From Octopus bimaculoides (lineage: Eukaryota): a DNA stretch of 64,000 bases. The stretch spans positions 8,342,797 to 8,406,796 of the forward strand of contig NC_068989.1 of assembly GCF_001194135.2 (NCBI RefSeq), read 5' to 3'. The position numbers and the translations under genes are program-made. Each line of letters starts with the position of its first letter. Position 1 is the stretch's first letter. A model generated the notes under the pieces. That model searched no databases, was not told the origin of the DNA, and was given only the letters and a program-made list of their open reading frames with translations. Below are positions 36,835 through 50,960 of the stretch, in pieces.

Positions 36835-39800
36835 GACAATCACCGGTCATCGATGCGAAGGGGTCCCAATGCAAATACATATATCCTTTTTGGTGTATAA
36901 ATATAATCTCTACTTCTTGCTAGGGGAGGTCATTACTCCAATTATGATAAACACACGCACTGGTTGAATTTTACTCATTTCTTGTTAGCTAATTGATTAG
37001 TTACCTAACCAACTAAATAATCGAACATTTAAGTTGTTGGTTAAACAATGAAACAATCGTTTGTCAAAATACTCTCATCGCTGTTCTCGACCTCAATGAT
37101 ATAACTTGTCTCTCTGAGAACTAGTCCGATGTCTGTTCACATGTAAGCGTGTAGAGATGTGGAGATTTCTTCCTTTATTCTCAAGTTTCAATTCTGTAAA
37201 TAACAACACCGTCTTAGCTCTACACCCCTACATGTAAAGAAACACAACAAAAGCTACTTCTCAGACAGATGTGGACAAGAGAGATCGTATTATACATGAG
37301 GTTTCGAATAGCGATGAAAGGACTTTGACCAAAAACATGATTGATTGTTTAAGCAATATTATTCAACAAACGATCGACATGTTAGGTGGTTAGGTAACGA
37401 ACCAACTGACTAAGAATAAGGTAGTGAAATTGTACCAGTGCGTGCGTTGGTAATTGTTGGGGTTATGACCCACCTTAGATAAAGATTTGTTTCAACACAC
37501 GAGTTCACATCAAGAATCTTACATACGAGGAATGAAGCGTATATCCCCCCTTCGCTTACAAACTATATACGTACACACACATATATAGAAATACATAAAT
37601 ATATCTATACACACGCACTCTTTATATAAATTCATACATGCTTACACACATATATATGCACAGATATGCATATGTTTATATATGTGTGTATATATACATA
37701 CATACACACACACATGCACACACATATACAGAGTAAGAGGGAGAGAGAGAGAAAGAGGGAAATTCGGTTCTTGTGGATTCCTTACGGTATGTTTAGGTCT
37801 ACATCAATAGAAATAAAAATAACAAGTGTTATAGCGTCAAAAAAGACCATTGAAAATGCCTGTGATAGAAGACACATAACAGTATTAATATCTGATAGAA
37901 TATCGTGTATGCTACGTAGCAAAGCAAAAGAAAAATGGGATACGGATATTGCCTAGATTTTCCACACGATATAATTGCAATAATCTACAGCGCCGAGAAT
38001 AATGTTTGTGACTGTTGAATATCTCTAGCGGGATGGCAAGATCTATTGATAAAACTGAATGAAACTGACTTGAGAAAGGGAGAGAAAGAAGGAGAGAGAG
38101 AGTGTGGAAGGGAGAAGTAGTGAGAATGAGTGAAATAATTCATATTGCTGGTGCCCAATTACGACGTTCAACCGTGTCGGTTTCCACTGACGCATACGGA
38201 AGCATACAAGGATACAGACACATAGACATGTACACATAGAAATATACAGACATACATACATACATACATACACATATATACCTGCATACATACATACATA
38301 CATACATACATGCATAAATGCGTATGGATACATAAATACATACATGCATATATACATACATACATATATATATATTCGATTAGAGGTTATGTTAAGTTCT
38401 TGAAGGGATGGTTTCATCCAAGGAAATATTGGTTCAGTACCTAGTTTGTTTTTGGTGGGGGTGGGGGATTAATTTCCTTAAAATAATAGGTGTTTATATA
38501 TATAAAGTATATAGGTTATATCCATGTAAAAGAAGAAAAAATGGAGGAAATACTAAGTATGTATTAAGTAAATAATANNNNNNNNNNNNNNNNNNNNNNN
38601 NNNNNNNNNNNNNNNNNNNNNNNNNNNNNNNNNNNNNNNNNNNNNNNNNNNNNNNNNNNNNNNNNNNNNNNNNNNNNNNNNNNNNNNNNNNNNNNNNNNN
38701 NNNNNNNNNNNNNNNNNNNNNNNNNNNNNNNNNNNNNNNNNNNNNNNNNNNNNNNNNNNNNNNNNNNNNNNNNNNNNNNNNNNNNNNNNNNNNNNNNNNN
38801 NNNNNNNNNNNNNNNNNNNNNNNNNNNNNNNNNNNNNNNNNNNNNNNNNNNNNNNNNNNNNNNNNNNNNNNNNNNNNNNNNNNNNNNNNNNNNNNNNNNN
38901 NNNNNNNNNNNNNNNNNNNNNNNNNNNNNNNNNNNNNNNNNNNNNNNNNNNATATATATACATATACATATATATATATATATATATGATAGGGCAAGTA
39001 CTTGGCCAAAACATTCTAGTTATGACCATCGCGAATATTTTTATATCTCAATGTCTTTGTTTCCTTTTATTTTCCGAGAATATGATATGAGAAGGATTTG
39101 GCTGCTATTTCTGTCCGGTCAACCAGAAACGTAGAGTTTACATCATTAATTACAAAACGCTAATGTATACTGCAGTCTATAATCTTCTAGGATGCACTTC
39201 CACAGCAGACCAAAAGCTACGAATATTGTAATTGAATAGTAATAATGTGAAACTTCATAACGCCTGGAACCTAGCTCATTTTCTGTTTCAAATTTCCATC
39301 TATGGTTCTGTAGTTAGTGTAACTGAAACGATAAAGTATAACTTCTGCATTTGTTTTCATGTGATCAATTATGGACCTGCTACAATATTTTCGTCCTGTC
39401 CCAGTTGTGAGAAATAGTTTTGCAATATGATATATCTTTAGTGTTTTTGTGTATGAGTTGTCTCATGTAACTGTTTCTGGTGGTTATTTGGAAGATAGCT
39501 ATTTAGAGTGAGATCTGAATTGAAAGTTATTTTTTTGAATGCTATGGATACTGTACTTCAGTGGAAACGAGATACGAACCAATGAACATTTTGTTGATTG
39601 CTTTTGTCTGTGTAACCCATTTGCTAAAACACTGAGAAAGCAAAGAAATGTTTTATTTACCTCATATACCGTTCATAAGCAGAGTAGATCGCCTGACTAT
39701 TTCAATTGAATTTAATCTTGTATGTGAGCGTTGGCTAATTGTATCTATGGACGTATATGTGAAAATGAAAGTTTCAATGTTTATGTTTCTCAAGAAAAGA

Positions 39801-39903
39801 TGACGAATGAGACAGTTGATATATTACTGGATAACCAACCGAGATGTCAATTATTGGTATACTTGCTCTCGGTGCTACTTTTGTCCGTGCTCAAATCACT
39901 TAC

Positions 39904-39970
39904 CTCTTAAATGGCTAAGTCTATCGAGCTCAAAGTAGATAGCACGTGTGATATAACACACCGTTAAAGG
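39904..39970 (-). CDS. Candidate 67-nt exon (PLTVCYITRAIYFELDRLSHLR)
   Basis: Acceptor tttgtttgtgatttaacAG and perfect donor GAG|GTAAGT; a single open frame (phase 0 to 1). Confidence 0.3.
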
Positions 39971-41419
39971 CTGTTAAATCACAAACAAATTGATGATGAT
40001 TAATTGACTTGCTATCCCACGTTCAAATTCATTTTCTTCCTCTTTAAATGCTTCATTGAGACCTAGTTTCTTATTTCATACATCGTTCTATTCCGAAACA
40101 AGGTTAATCAACAGTAAACATAAGAACAACACTGAAATCTGAGTAGAAAGTAATAAGGGGATATAACAAAGTCAGCTGAAGAAAGTTTATAAAAAATCAT
40201 GTTAGTATGCCGTGAGGGAAAACAATCTGACATCTCGGAAAATAACTATAAAGAAGTGAAATAAAATGATTTCTAGAAAGAGAAATCCAAACTGTGTCAC
40301 AGTATGAACTCCACAGGAGATTGTCTCTTACTAATAACCAATTGCAGTGTAGGGCATCACAAGATTCATATTAGCTCTTCTCTGCTCTATCCCACAAGAA
40401 CTAATACATTAACCTTTTCTAATGGTTTATGTATTACAGCAACAATAAACTCTTTTTTTCTGCTGAATTTTTTTTTTATTCTATTTCTGTGTGAATTAAA
40501 GTTATGCATATTATCTTGAAACCACAAATTTGTTTCCACTTGCGGTTAATAATCAATGTAGATTAGTGACTGGCGTCTTGATCGAGATACCCATGGAGTT
40601 AAATTTTGGACTTAGATTAAGCTCTGATTAAAAACGAAAGAAAAACCCACGCAATATAAATGTTAAAAGTCTCAATAAAAACGAAAGATATGAAATTAGT
40701 GAAGTATGTTGCCAAAAGAATTTTGATTAGCTAATTAATATTAATAATAGCTATTAAAACGATCAATCTTTAATTAATAATTCAATTATTTTTAAAATGT
40801 TATCAAACAAGCCATAATAAAGTTAAGAAATATATTTGAGAACAGAGAGTGTTTATTCAAGAACTATATATATATAGAAGTGAGAGTGTTTGGTGTCCCA
40901 AGGGAAAATAAGGAAATCAGTGTTTTCAAATGAAGAGTGGACGAAGCTGAAATAAGGCGAACAAGACAGAACACACACACACACACAAGCACTCGCTTTC
41001 CTAAACTTCACTGAGCAGAAGTGTATATGCACGATCAGAGGTTGTACGCAACTGGTAGACAATTGTATCTAATGTTTGCGATACCAGTCTACCGCAAATA
41101 TATTTGCCAAAAATTTGAGCACAAGCAAAGATCTATCTTATTGGTAACTAACATCACTTGATTTTTTTTCCAGTTCAATTTGAAGCATTAATTGAATGCG
41201 TCAATTATTATTTGTAAAGTTTCATGAGTTTGTATTTGTGTTAGCTATGTTCTATTTAGGTAATTTATCTGTAAGTATTTGTAGGCATTACACTTATTAT
41301 GGTCGCTCTTGGCCCTGACGATATTTCAGCGCCCTTATTCTCCTTTTAACATATTTCTCATATTCTTCGTATTACATTTCTTTCTACATTGCTTTCCCTA
41401 CATTTGGTAAATTTCTCTA

Positions 41420-41760
41420 AGTGGTTAGAGAGCCGGGTACACAGTCATGCTGACGTGAGTTCGATTCCTGAACAGGGCTGTATGATGTTCTTGAGCAAGA
41501 CGCTTTATTTCACGTTGCTCCAGTTCACTCAGCTGTAGAAATGAGTTGCGACGTCATTGGTGCCAAGATGCATCGACCACTTTGCCTTTCCCTTAGACAA
41601 CATTGTTGGGGTATAGAGGGGAGAATGGTATGCATAGGTGACTCCCTATGCATACCATCCTCCCCTCTATACCGGACTTCTTCTTCGGAGGGTAATTTTC
41701 AAGGTGCAATCCCGTGGTCATTCATGACCAAAGGGGGTCACGCTTACCCTTTACTCTCTG
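41420..41760 (+). mobile_element. SINE family C-related copy with tRNA-like head
   Basis: agtggttagag..gagttcgattcc (B box at 41458)..gttcttgagcaagacgctttatttcacgttgctccagttcactcagctg. Confidence 0.8.
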
Positions 41761-42039
41761 CCCAGTTATTTCATGATTAAATTATATCTTAAATTTATAG
41801 ATCTGAAGAAAGAGGATCTTATTTATATGTAGCTATTTATATAATGTGAATGTCTGGTTAGTAGAAAAGCTCATCAGGATATCTAAGTCATTTGGAGAAA
41901 TTTTGCAAAGGTTTCACTGCATGTGGCTTAAAAGTACATTTATGAAAACAATACAAGAAGCAAAGTATTGTAATCAAGAACGTGCAGTACCGCTATAAAA
42001 GAAAATGGATTTAAATTCATATAGATTTCATGCTTCAAT

Positions 42040-42257
42040 TATTCATCTCTACTCTAGACAAAAGGCCCTAAATTTTGGGGGAGGGGGCCAGTCGATTAGA
42101 TCGATCCCAGTACACAAGTGGTATTTAATTTATCAACCACGAAAGGATGAAAGGCAAAGTCGACCTAGGCGGAATTTGAACTCAGGACGTAGTGACAGAC
42201 GAAATACCGCTGAGCGTTTCGCCCGGCGTGCTAACGTTTCTGCCAGCTCGCTGCCTT
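42040..42257 (-). mobile_element. SINE family A, full length
   Basis: Complete head, central block and tail; closely matches 14415-14612 and 15884-16110. Confidence 0.92.
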
Positions 42258-42267
42258 CCCGAACGTA

Positions 42268-42492
42268 TATATATTCTTTTCTATTCTAGGCACAGGGCCT
42301 GAAATTTTGGGGGAGGGGGCCCAGTTGATTAGATTGATCCAGTACACAACTGGTACGTGATTTATGAACTGGTACGTGATTTACGGAATATGAACTCATA
42401 ACGTAAAGACAGACGAAATATCTTTCGCCCGACTTGCTAACTGGTACTTATCAACCACGAAAGGTTGAAAGGCAAAGTCGACCTCTGCGGAA
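42268..42492 (-). mobile_element. SINE family A, internally rearranged
   Basis: Tail and partial body with a local duplication (aactggtacgtgattta x2) and a second central block. Confidence 0.8.
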
Positions 42493-44169
42493 TAGGGATA
42501 CTGCACGTTCCTGATTATAATACTTTGCTTCTTGTATTGTTTTCATTCATGAACTTTTAATACCATTTAGCCACCTTTCCCAAAGTATATATTCTTTTCG
42601 ACTCTAGGCAGCTCGCCGCCTTATCATGCTTTAGTTATTGTTTTATTATATTTTTTATTCTCTATAAATTATCTATGGCTTGTTTTTGAATTTTAAAATT
42701 CATCTTTCACTCCTTTCCTCGTATATGTTTAATACGACTGTCCCATCTCAAACAATTTCTACGAAATCCATTTAATGTTATTTAAATTTTATTATACATC
42801 TTTGAACCCTTGCGGCTAATAAATTAAAAAAAATATTATCCGTCTTATTATTGTTATTACTGTTATTGTTCTTATTAAATTTGTTGTTATACATGTTGCT
42901 CAAAATATATGCATGAGAGGAAAAAAAATATTAGACGTTTGTTTGACATGTTTAAACGAGTTATTTGTTATACTGTGATTTAACAGAGACAAGGACACAC
43001 ACATGCACACACACAGAGGTAAANNNNNNNNNNACACACACACACACACATGCACACACACGCATGCACATAATGAAGCGCACAAAGAAGTCGTTTATCT
43101 TTTTTCAAAACTTGAAAACAAAGCGAAACACAGAAAGCAAATATAATTCGAAATTTTCGTTAACTTTCAAGAATTATTTCCCTGCAAAACAAGACAAGAT
43201 GTCCGAACTAATAGGATTAAATAGGGTTAATGCAATAAAAGAAAGTTTAAAAATAATTTACCTGACTGACTGCGTTTCCACTATATATTCTTTGATGATT
43301 TTCGTTTTTTAGTATTTTTTTTATTCNNNNNNNNNNTGTGGTGATGTGTGTGTGCGCGCGCGTTTGGCTGCACGCCTGCGTTTGTAATTTTCTGCGTATG
43401 AAAGAGATTAGACCAGCTTTTCTCAGAGAAAATTTATTTAATTAGACATTTGGTAAAGAAGAAACCTACTACTACCACTACTACTGCTGCCATTACTGCA
43501 GCTACTACTACTACTAATACTACTACCACTGCTATTAGTAGTAGTAATAGTAGTAATTGATATTTTTTTAAATGTAAGAGGATGGAATGAATCACTCGCT
43601 TCATTGGTGTCACAAACAATAGGATTGGCAAATAAAATAACGTGAAATAAGAAATTATAAGTTCTTGCTGCAAATGACGCTCTGGTTGCTTTGCTGCAGC
43701 AATGGTTGTTGTTGTTTTTGTGTAATTACTATTATTTTCTTGTTGTTGGTTTCCCGTATACTCTGTATGAGTAAATTTCTCTATTTCTCATAATAATTTC
43801 GGTGATGTCAACACTTTACAATATATACCGTAGATTTAGGCTTTTGTTATTCAACCCCATGTCGATAACGATTGAGTAGATATGACTTTGTCTTTATATG
43901 AAAGTCTATGGTGACTTCTTTGCCTGTTTTAAAAAAATGTGTTAAATCGTTATACACATCGGACCGTCCGCAGTTCTCGGGTTGCTCCGGACAATTTTTA
44001 CTATCTGCTACATACGAAGAGGTTGCTAGACTTTAGTTCAACCATACATCATTCTATAGAGAAAAAAAAGATATAATGAGGTGGTTCATAAAAGAGTTTG
44101 TAGGAAAAACAAATCTACTCTACACGGTTCTTATTTGTGGACCTTAGACTGACGAAATGTAAAGCTTAC

Positions 44170-44262
44170 CTCGGGGGCGTAACATTTCAAAACACCAAGA
44201 ACCGGAAAAGTTACTACAGGGTAGTTATCCAACAGTTTTACGATATTGTTTATCAACCACAT
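44170..44262 (-). CDS. Candidate first coding exon (MWLINNIVKLLDNYPVVTFPVLGVLKCYAPE)
   Basis: ATG in an aaaATG context, 31 codons, strong donor GAG|GTAAGC in phase 0. No homology recognised. Confidence 0.2.
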
Positions 44263-44489
44263 TTTGTTTATTGTAATAGAATTTTTATTCAACTCTATTT
44301 TTCAGGGTGATTTGGTTGTTATGTCTTGCACATTGCACAGCGATGTTGAACTTGTTTCGTTAGCTCGAATCAATTATATATTCTATCTCGAATAAAGGTA
44401 TGGGTTACTTGTGTTTGTGTGGACAGTAATTTTAGGATGCATGCGTAATGAAAATTATTACAGGAATACGGAGGAAGTAGGTGAGAAAA

Positions 44490-44830
44490 ATGTTTTTAGA
44501 TGTGTGGTTAAGAAACTGGCTTGCCGACAATGGCATCTGGGTTCAGTTCCGCTGGGTGACACCTTGGACAAGTGTCTTCTACTATAGCATCGAGTTGACC
44601 ACATCCTTTCAGCAGAATTGGTTAACGGAAACTTAAATAAACCCGTTGTATACCTACATACGTACGTATATACACACGCACGCACACACATACGCACATA
44701 TACGTGTATGCGTTTGGGGTTGTATTATGTTTTTTCCCCCAAGACCACTTCATAAAAATAAATAAGTATTGGAGGCAATTTTTTCGACTAAACACTACAA
44801 GACAGTGTCACGGCATGGATGCAATCTAAG
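44490..44830 (+). mobile_element. SINE family B, degenerate
   Basis: gggttcagttccgctgggtgacaccttggacaagtgtcttctactatagc..aacggaaact followed by a CA-type tract and a decayed tail. Confidence 0.7.
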
Positions 44831-46020
44831 GACCACAAATGTCACAGCTAAATATTGCCAAAGTAATAGTATAAACGAATAAAAGAAACGAAACCAAATC
44901 TCAAACGAATGAGTAAATTCGAAGCCCAAAACATGACGTTTTCATAACTATTAGAAATCTCTGAAAATGTGATAGTTAAGCAACCGTCTGGCAATTACCA
45001 CAACCACTTGAATAATTCATGTCAAAAGCTGAATCAACTACAGAACATTCAAAACATTAATTTATTAATTAAGCTTTCTGAGTAAGGTTTCAAAATACCT
45101 ATTAAAAATATGAACTTATACAAACATCCGCTAAGCTCACGGTGTCTTATGAACTAATGAAACAGAAAATGAAACGACAGACAATCCAATATAACATTAA
45201 TTTAGATAATTGAAGAAATCATGAAATAGCACATCAAAAAGAAAATTCAACAACGCAGAAAACGTCTCATGGTACAAATGAACAAGGAAGAAGCCACTAC
45301 CTGGCTGCAAGAGTTGCTAGAAATATCAGTTATATTTCTCATATATTTCAATCTGCTGTTTTATAAGTAAACAAAACATAATACTATATAGAAACCGTAT
45401 CGAAATATGTAGAAGTTGATCAATATGCGAAGCAAGGCAATGTTCGATCCCTTTAGAACTTAAGCCCGCTCAGTCACTACTAACCAAGCAACAGCAGCAT
45501 CAACATCATCGCTAGCGACAACAGCCCATAACCCGCCGTGAGCCAATGAAGGAAAATATCAAACATCCTATAAAATAACACATAAAATAATGAATCTTAC
45601 TGCATTTTGTATTTTTGCAATCACACAAATGTGTCTCTAGGTTTCGACGATGAGTGAACAGTTGTTCAGTCAAATGAACTCCATTTGTATGTCTTCAAAA
45701 CTTTAGAGAGCGCGTGGGTTAGTAGTTAGGCAAATGGATTCACGAAGGAAGACCCAAAGCGGTTAGACAATCTGCTTCACTCTGTGAATGAAGGCAGCAG
45801 GATTAACGACTCATTGATATAAACCAAATACCTTCAATCATTAAAAGTAACACCTGCTGCAGAGGATTGCTTATACCATATCCGTGTTATTTTCTCTTGG
45901 CTCATCGTCTTCGTATTCTCGCTTCCTCGTTTCCTCATTAGTTCGCTTCAATTTTACTTCTCCTCCATAAACTCAGCCACTCGTATCATTTTCACTTTCT
46001 GTTTCGCACACAAGCACACA

Positions 46021-46023
<3 letters not shown>

Positions 46024-46111
<88 letters not shown>
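46024..46111. repeat. (CT)n/(GA)n tract
   Basis: Direct inspection; the longest pure (CT)n tract seen in the window. Confidence 0.97.
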
Positions 46112-46114
<3 letters not shown>

Positions 46115-47530
46115 CAATCACAGACACCGATGTACACTCACACACACATTCACGTGCATGCACTCCTTCATTTCTCATTTTCTTTTACCTTCATTTTTCA
46201 TCTATATATTCTTTTTCTAATTGTTTTGTGTCGCAATTATTTCCCTTATCAGCGTAAATCGTATCAGCCAGACGACAAAAAATATCCACCAGACGACAAA
46301 ACGTATTAGAAACTAAAATACCCAAAAATGCAAAGGCAAAAATAATTCCCCACAACTTGATTTTAGTATTTTAGGTAAACAATTAAAAAACTAAAATCTG
46401 CTAGTTATTATTCCTTGATTGGAATAAAATTATTTATGAACGAAGACTAGCCGAAATGGAGTATATAGGCTAGCGCCGATAATCTAAATGAGAGAAAAGA
46501 GATTTATGTAATATATAATAGGATGAAAGGTGTCCTTGCAAAGTATTTAATCGATGTCATTACATGTAGGTCATCCATAAATTAAGGTGCTGTGTGTACT
46601 TTTAAGTATATGGATGTTATGTGTTTACACAACATATTTCCAAGTATATCCACATTTTGTACGTACAACTTTCATTCTGAAGACTTAATTCAAATTTGTA
46701 TGTTTTCTTGGTTCGAGTACAAATCAGCTGTAGGCATTGACTAGTGCTTTTTTATAACTTCTTTTTTTTTTATGTTGGCGTGGATGCTTCACATCCTGCA
46801 TAACTAGCAAACACCCAAGTGTATTTCAGATTCTGTTGCTATTAGGAAACCACAAATTTAGCATTTTCTTTTTCATTATTTTTTTTTTTTGCAAGCTGTT
46901 AAAAGTTTTCTAAGGAAATTACGCTACGGAATGAGAAAAATTTCAACTTTCTAAACTATAAAACATATAAGTTCATACACTGTATCACTGAATACATTAT
47001 TAGTGAAAATGTTGTGAAGAGGTTGTAGGATGGATAAAGTTAAATAGGCAGAGGAAGTATAATTTAAAAAAAATATTATAGATACATGCATTGTTATAAA
47101 CATTCAAATACACTCACTTAGACATACCCTATAAATAAGTGTGAACTATTACTAGCGCGCTCAGCTGATAAATGTATTCCAACAGACGCCATGAAACAGC
47201 TAACAACATTTTCACTCAAAAAGTAATGCATTTAAATATAATCATTCTGTGCAACAAGCATACATTTAAGTTTACACACATATTCTTTGAATCGTTTATC
47301 GGTTTCAATTATTTTAGTTGCGGCCATTTTGGGGACAACGGCGCTGAAGGCTTTTGGTCGATTTTATTGACCATTTCGCTTCAGATTTTACTTAAAGTGC
47401 CACAAAATAAACATGAAGTAAAGCAGATTCATTCAACCGGAAATTGAGGTAATTGATAAAGATATTGATACCACATAGCATTTTGTGCATCCACAATCAA
47501 TGCGCATAGGATACGTACATATACATATAT

Positions 47531-47700
47531 AGGCGCAGGCATGGATGTGTGTTAAGCAGCTTTCTTCCCAAGTACATGGTTCCGGGTTCAGTCCCACTGC
47601 GTGGCACATCGGGCAAGTGTCTTCAACTATAGCCTCGGGTTAACCAAAAGCCTTGCGAGAGGATTTGGTAGATGGAAACTGAAGGACGCACGTCGTGTAT
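47531..47700 (+). mobile_element. SINE family B 5' half
   Basis: aggcgcaggcatggatgtgtg..ggttccgggttcagtcccactgcgtggcac..gggcaagtgtcttc..gatttggtagatggaaactgaag. Confidence 0.9.
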
Positions 47701-47973
47701 ATCTATCTATTTCTCTATCTCTGTGGTATTTTTATATAAGCGTAAAGCTTGTGGCGACCACCGTGCAATGACTAAGGAAAATAATCTAATAACGGGGCTT
47801 ATATGAACATTTAATGTGGCTTTAGAGTCAGGTTTTGGCTGCTATTTCAAGCATGGTGGTATCTCTAAGATACCTTTAATTATAATTTTAATAATAATTA
47901 TTACCTTTTGAGGTTTTTATTCCCATGCTGGCCACCTGATATGATCGGTATTTTAAAATAACGATCTTATCCT

Positions 47974-48040
<67 letters not shown>

Positions 48041-50926
48041 TCAATAATAGGACGAATTCTTTTACAAGAATTTATCAAGTAGCTAGGGTGAAAAAAACCT
48101 CATAAGGGAAAAGTCCATAATTTATTCCCGAAATATATATTTACATTTATATAAGGGCATTACTAAGCAATAATGCCTCACGCTATGAGGGACTCTAAGG
48201 TCAGACTACCATAAAAAACACATTTTTACCGAACGCGAGGAAATGCAACTCTCAAAGCCAACTCCTTAAAAACAGACTGAATTATAGATCATGATTTCGT
48301 AGCTTTTGTAGTATTATACAACCTCTACTCGTCAGTATAATATAGTCAAGAGAAATAGCAGTAAACAGAGAATCAACATACCAAACGAACACCAAACGTG
48401 TATCCAATATAGTACATAGAAGACTGTTCATCGCTATTTTCCTATATAAGTGGCGGGAATTTCGAATTGCATCTCGGTACATGTGCTTTTTTCTCAGAAT
48501 AAATTCAGCACTGAATATATTCTGGTAATANNNNNNNNNNNNNNNNNNNNNNNNNNNNNNNNNNNNNNNNNNNNNNNNNNNNNNNNNNNNNNNNNNNNNN
48601 NNNNNNNNNNNNNNNNNNNNNNNNNNNNNNNNNNNNNNNNNNNNNNNNNNNNNNNNNNNNNNNNNNNNNNNNNNNNNNNNNNNNNNNNNNNNNNNNNNNN
48701 NNNNNNNNNNNNNNNNNNNNNNNNNNNNNNNNNNNNNNNNNNNNNNNNNNNNNNNNNNNNNNNNNNNNNNNNNNNNNNNNNNNNNNNNNNNNNNNNNNNN
48801 NNNNNNNNNNNNNNNNNNNNNNNNNNNNNNNNNNNNNNNNNNNNNNNNNNNNNNNNNNNNNNNNNNNNNNNNNNNNNNNNNNNNNNNNNNNNNNNNNNNN
48901 NNNNNNNNNNNNNNNNNNNNNNNNNNNNNNNNNNNNNNNNNNNNNNNNNNNNNNNNNNNNNNNNNNNNNNNNNNNNNNNNNNNNNNNNNNNNNNNNNNNN
49001 NNNNNNNNNNNNNNNNNNNNNNNNNNNNNNNNNNNNNNNNNNNNNNNNNNNNNNNNNNNNNNNNNNNNNNNNNNNNNNNNNNNNNNNNNNNNNNNNNNNN
49101 NNNNNNNNNNNNNNNNAAAAGTACTGACGTTTCTGGCCACCATCGGACACATCAATGATGAGTTAGCTGGCCGAAATGTTAAAGTCACTATCAGTAGTCT
49201 TGTGTTAAAGAATAACACACCTACACACATGCAAACACACACACACGTGCGTCCCATTACACACTCATATGCACTGTTGCTCAGTGACTATCTTAATTGA
49301 AGTTGATCTTCGTTTCACATTTATGAAAAAAAAAGTATCTTATCGTCCGTCTGTTTGTCCTTCTATGTATATCTGTGTTGTTGAATGAGTATTTATGTCT
49401 GGACGTATTGTCTGCCATTGATGTATAATAATTTAATGTACTCGTAAGTGCTAACTTTTTGAGGCTTTGTGCGGAACATAACGGAGTTGAAATATTTTAT
49501 CTAAAATCGTTGTGACAGCTATCATATTCTAAATTTATCCTAACACAAATTTTGTAGAGAAACACAAGACTATTGCTGCCTAGGTTTGCACCGTCTCTAA
49601 TCGATAAAGGTGTAACATTTACTTAACTGATAAATAGTTTGACAACCAAATAATGCGTATAGCATCCAGATCTCTGCATCACGATTTGTTAAGAAAATTA
49701 TTGACGACGTTTAGGACTCTGGTCAGACTAGTGTCGACTAAATAATAAATACCAGTTATATCAGTCGCTAGTGAATTACTAGAGTTGTTAGAGTATTGTA
49801 ATAATGCTTAACGGTATTTGTTGCGAACTTCTGTGCCCTGAGTTCAAATCACGCCACACCAGTTTAAAACCCCAACACGTTCGTCAGAATTTTCGACCGA
49901 TTTGAAAACACCAATGGTAGCATAAGTATTACAGCATGGAAGACACAAATGAACCATTCAAAAGCAAATACTATTAATTTCGTTTAAACGTTTATTATCA
50001 AAATTTTCGTCGTACGAACTTGCTAATATCGGCACAGGGTTTGCAATCGACGAAATATAGCATAGTATTGAGGTGGTACTATTTTGTGGATTACGAAAAT
50101 GTGCATGTTAAAGTCGAAATCGGTGAAGACAGATATAATCACATCTAATTATTTTAAGGCGTTTTACCCGCCATCTTTCAAATTTTCTATCCAGCGCGCT
50201 TACTAACGTTACAAATAATAGCAACAGTTATAACTACTAAGACTTATTTATCGAATATTAACTGGATGAGGGATGTCTTTAATATAATCTTTTTTTTTTT
50301 TTACTGTTGTAATTGCAGATTCCAAATCGACAGTGGTAAAAGACTGCACACCAAAATGAATAAGCGACAACATCTTGGCCATGATGGCGAAGGCTTTCGG
50401 CGGGCTAATATTTGATCACTGTTATTATCACTCGATACTAAACAACCAAAGCATAGAGAAGAAGAAAGACGAAATTTATATTCGAATCAAGCGTCCAGTG
50501 ATTGATTATTAATCTGGTATTTTTTGATCCTGACAAATTAGAAATCGATACACAGTATCCAAATAAAAGAGAGGAAAAACAAATGCAAATATCCACTGAC
50601 ACAAACATACACATACACACATAGGTACACAGACACTCACACACACACATACACACACACGGACTCACGAACTCAAGAAAGACTAAAGTAATAAATAAGT
50701 GCAAAAATAATAAATAGAACCGAACAAATAGAAAATAAGGAAGAGATATAAATCAACACTGGAATTGGTAGGTCCACATAAATTATGATAATCTTGAAAT
50801 ATTAAACTGGTTATTAGTTCTTGTCTAGTTTATTTTTGCATTCGTCACCATAGTGGAAAGTACGACAGCGAAGAAGTCACTGACGAAATAACATTTCACG
50901 ATATTTAGGTAAGTATATTTCGTTTC

Positions 50927-50960
<34 letters not shown>

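Noticed and set aside
49121-49195. Two inverted HHR-like relics (TGATGAG..TGGCCGAAAT and TGGCCAGAAACGTC), also readable as KVLTFLATIGHINDELAGRNVKVT
   Set aside because: The cores are too degenerate and stem I is missing. The peptide has no splice signals or recognisable homology and borders a gap.
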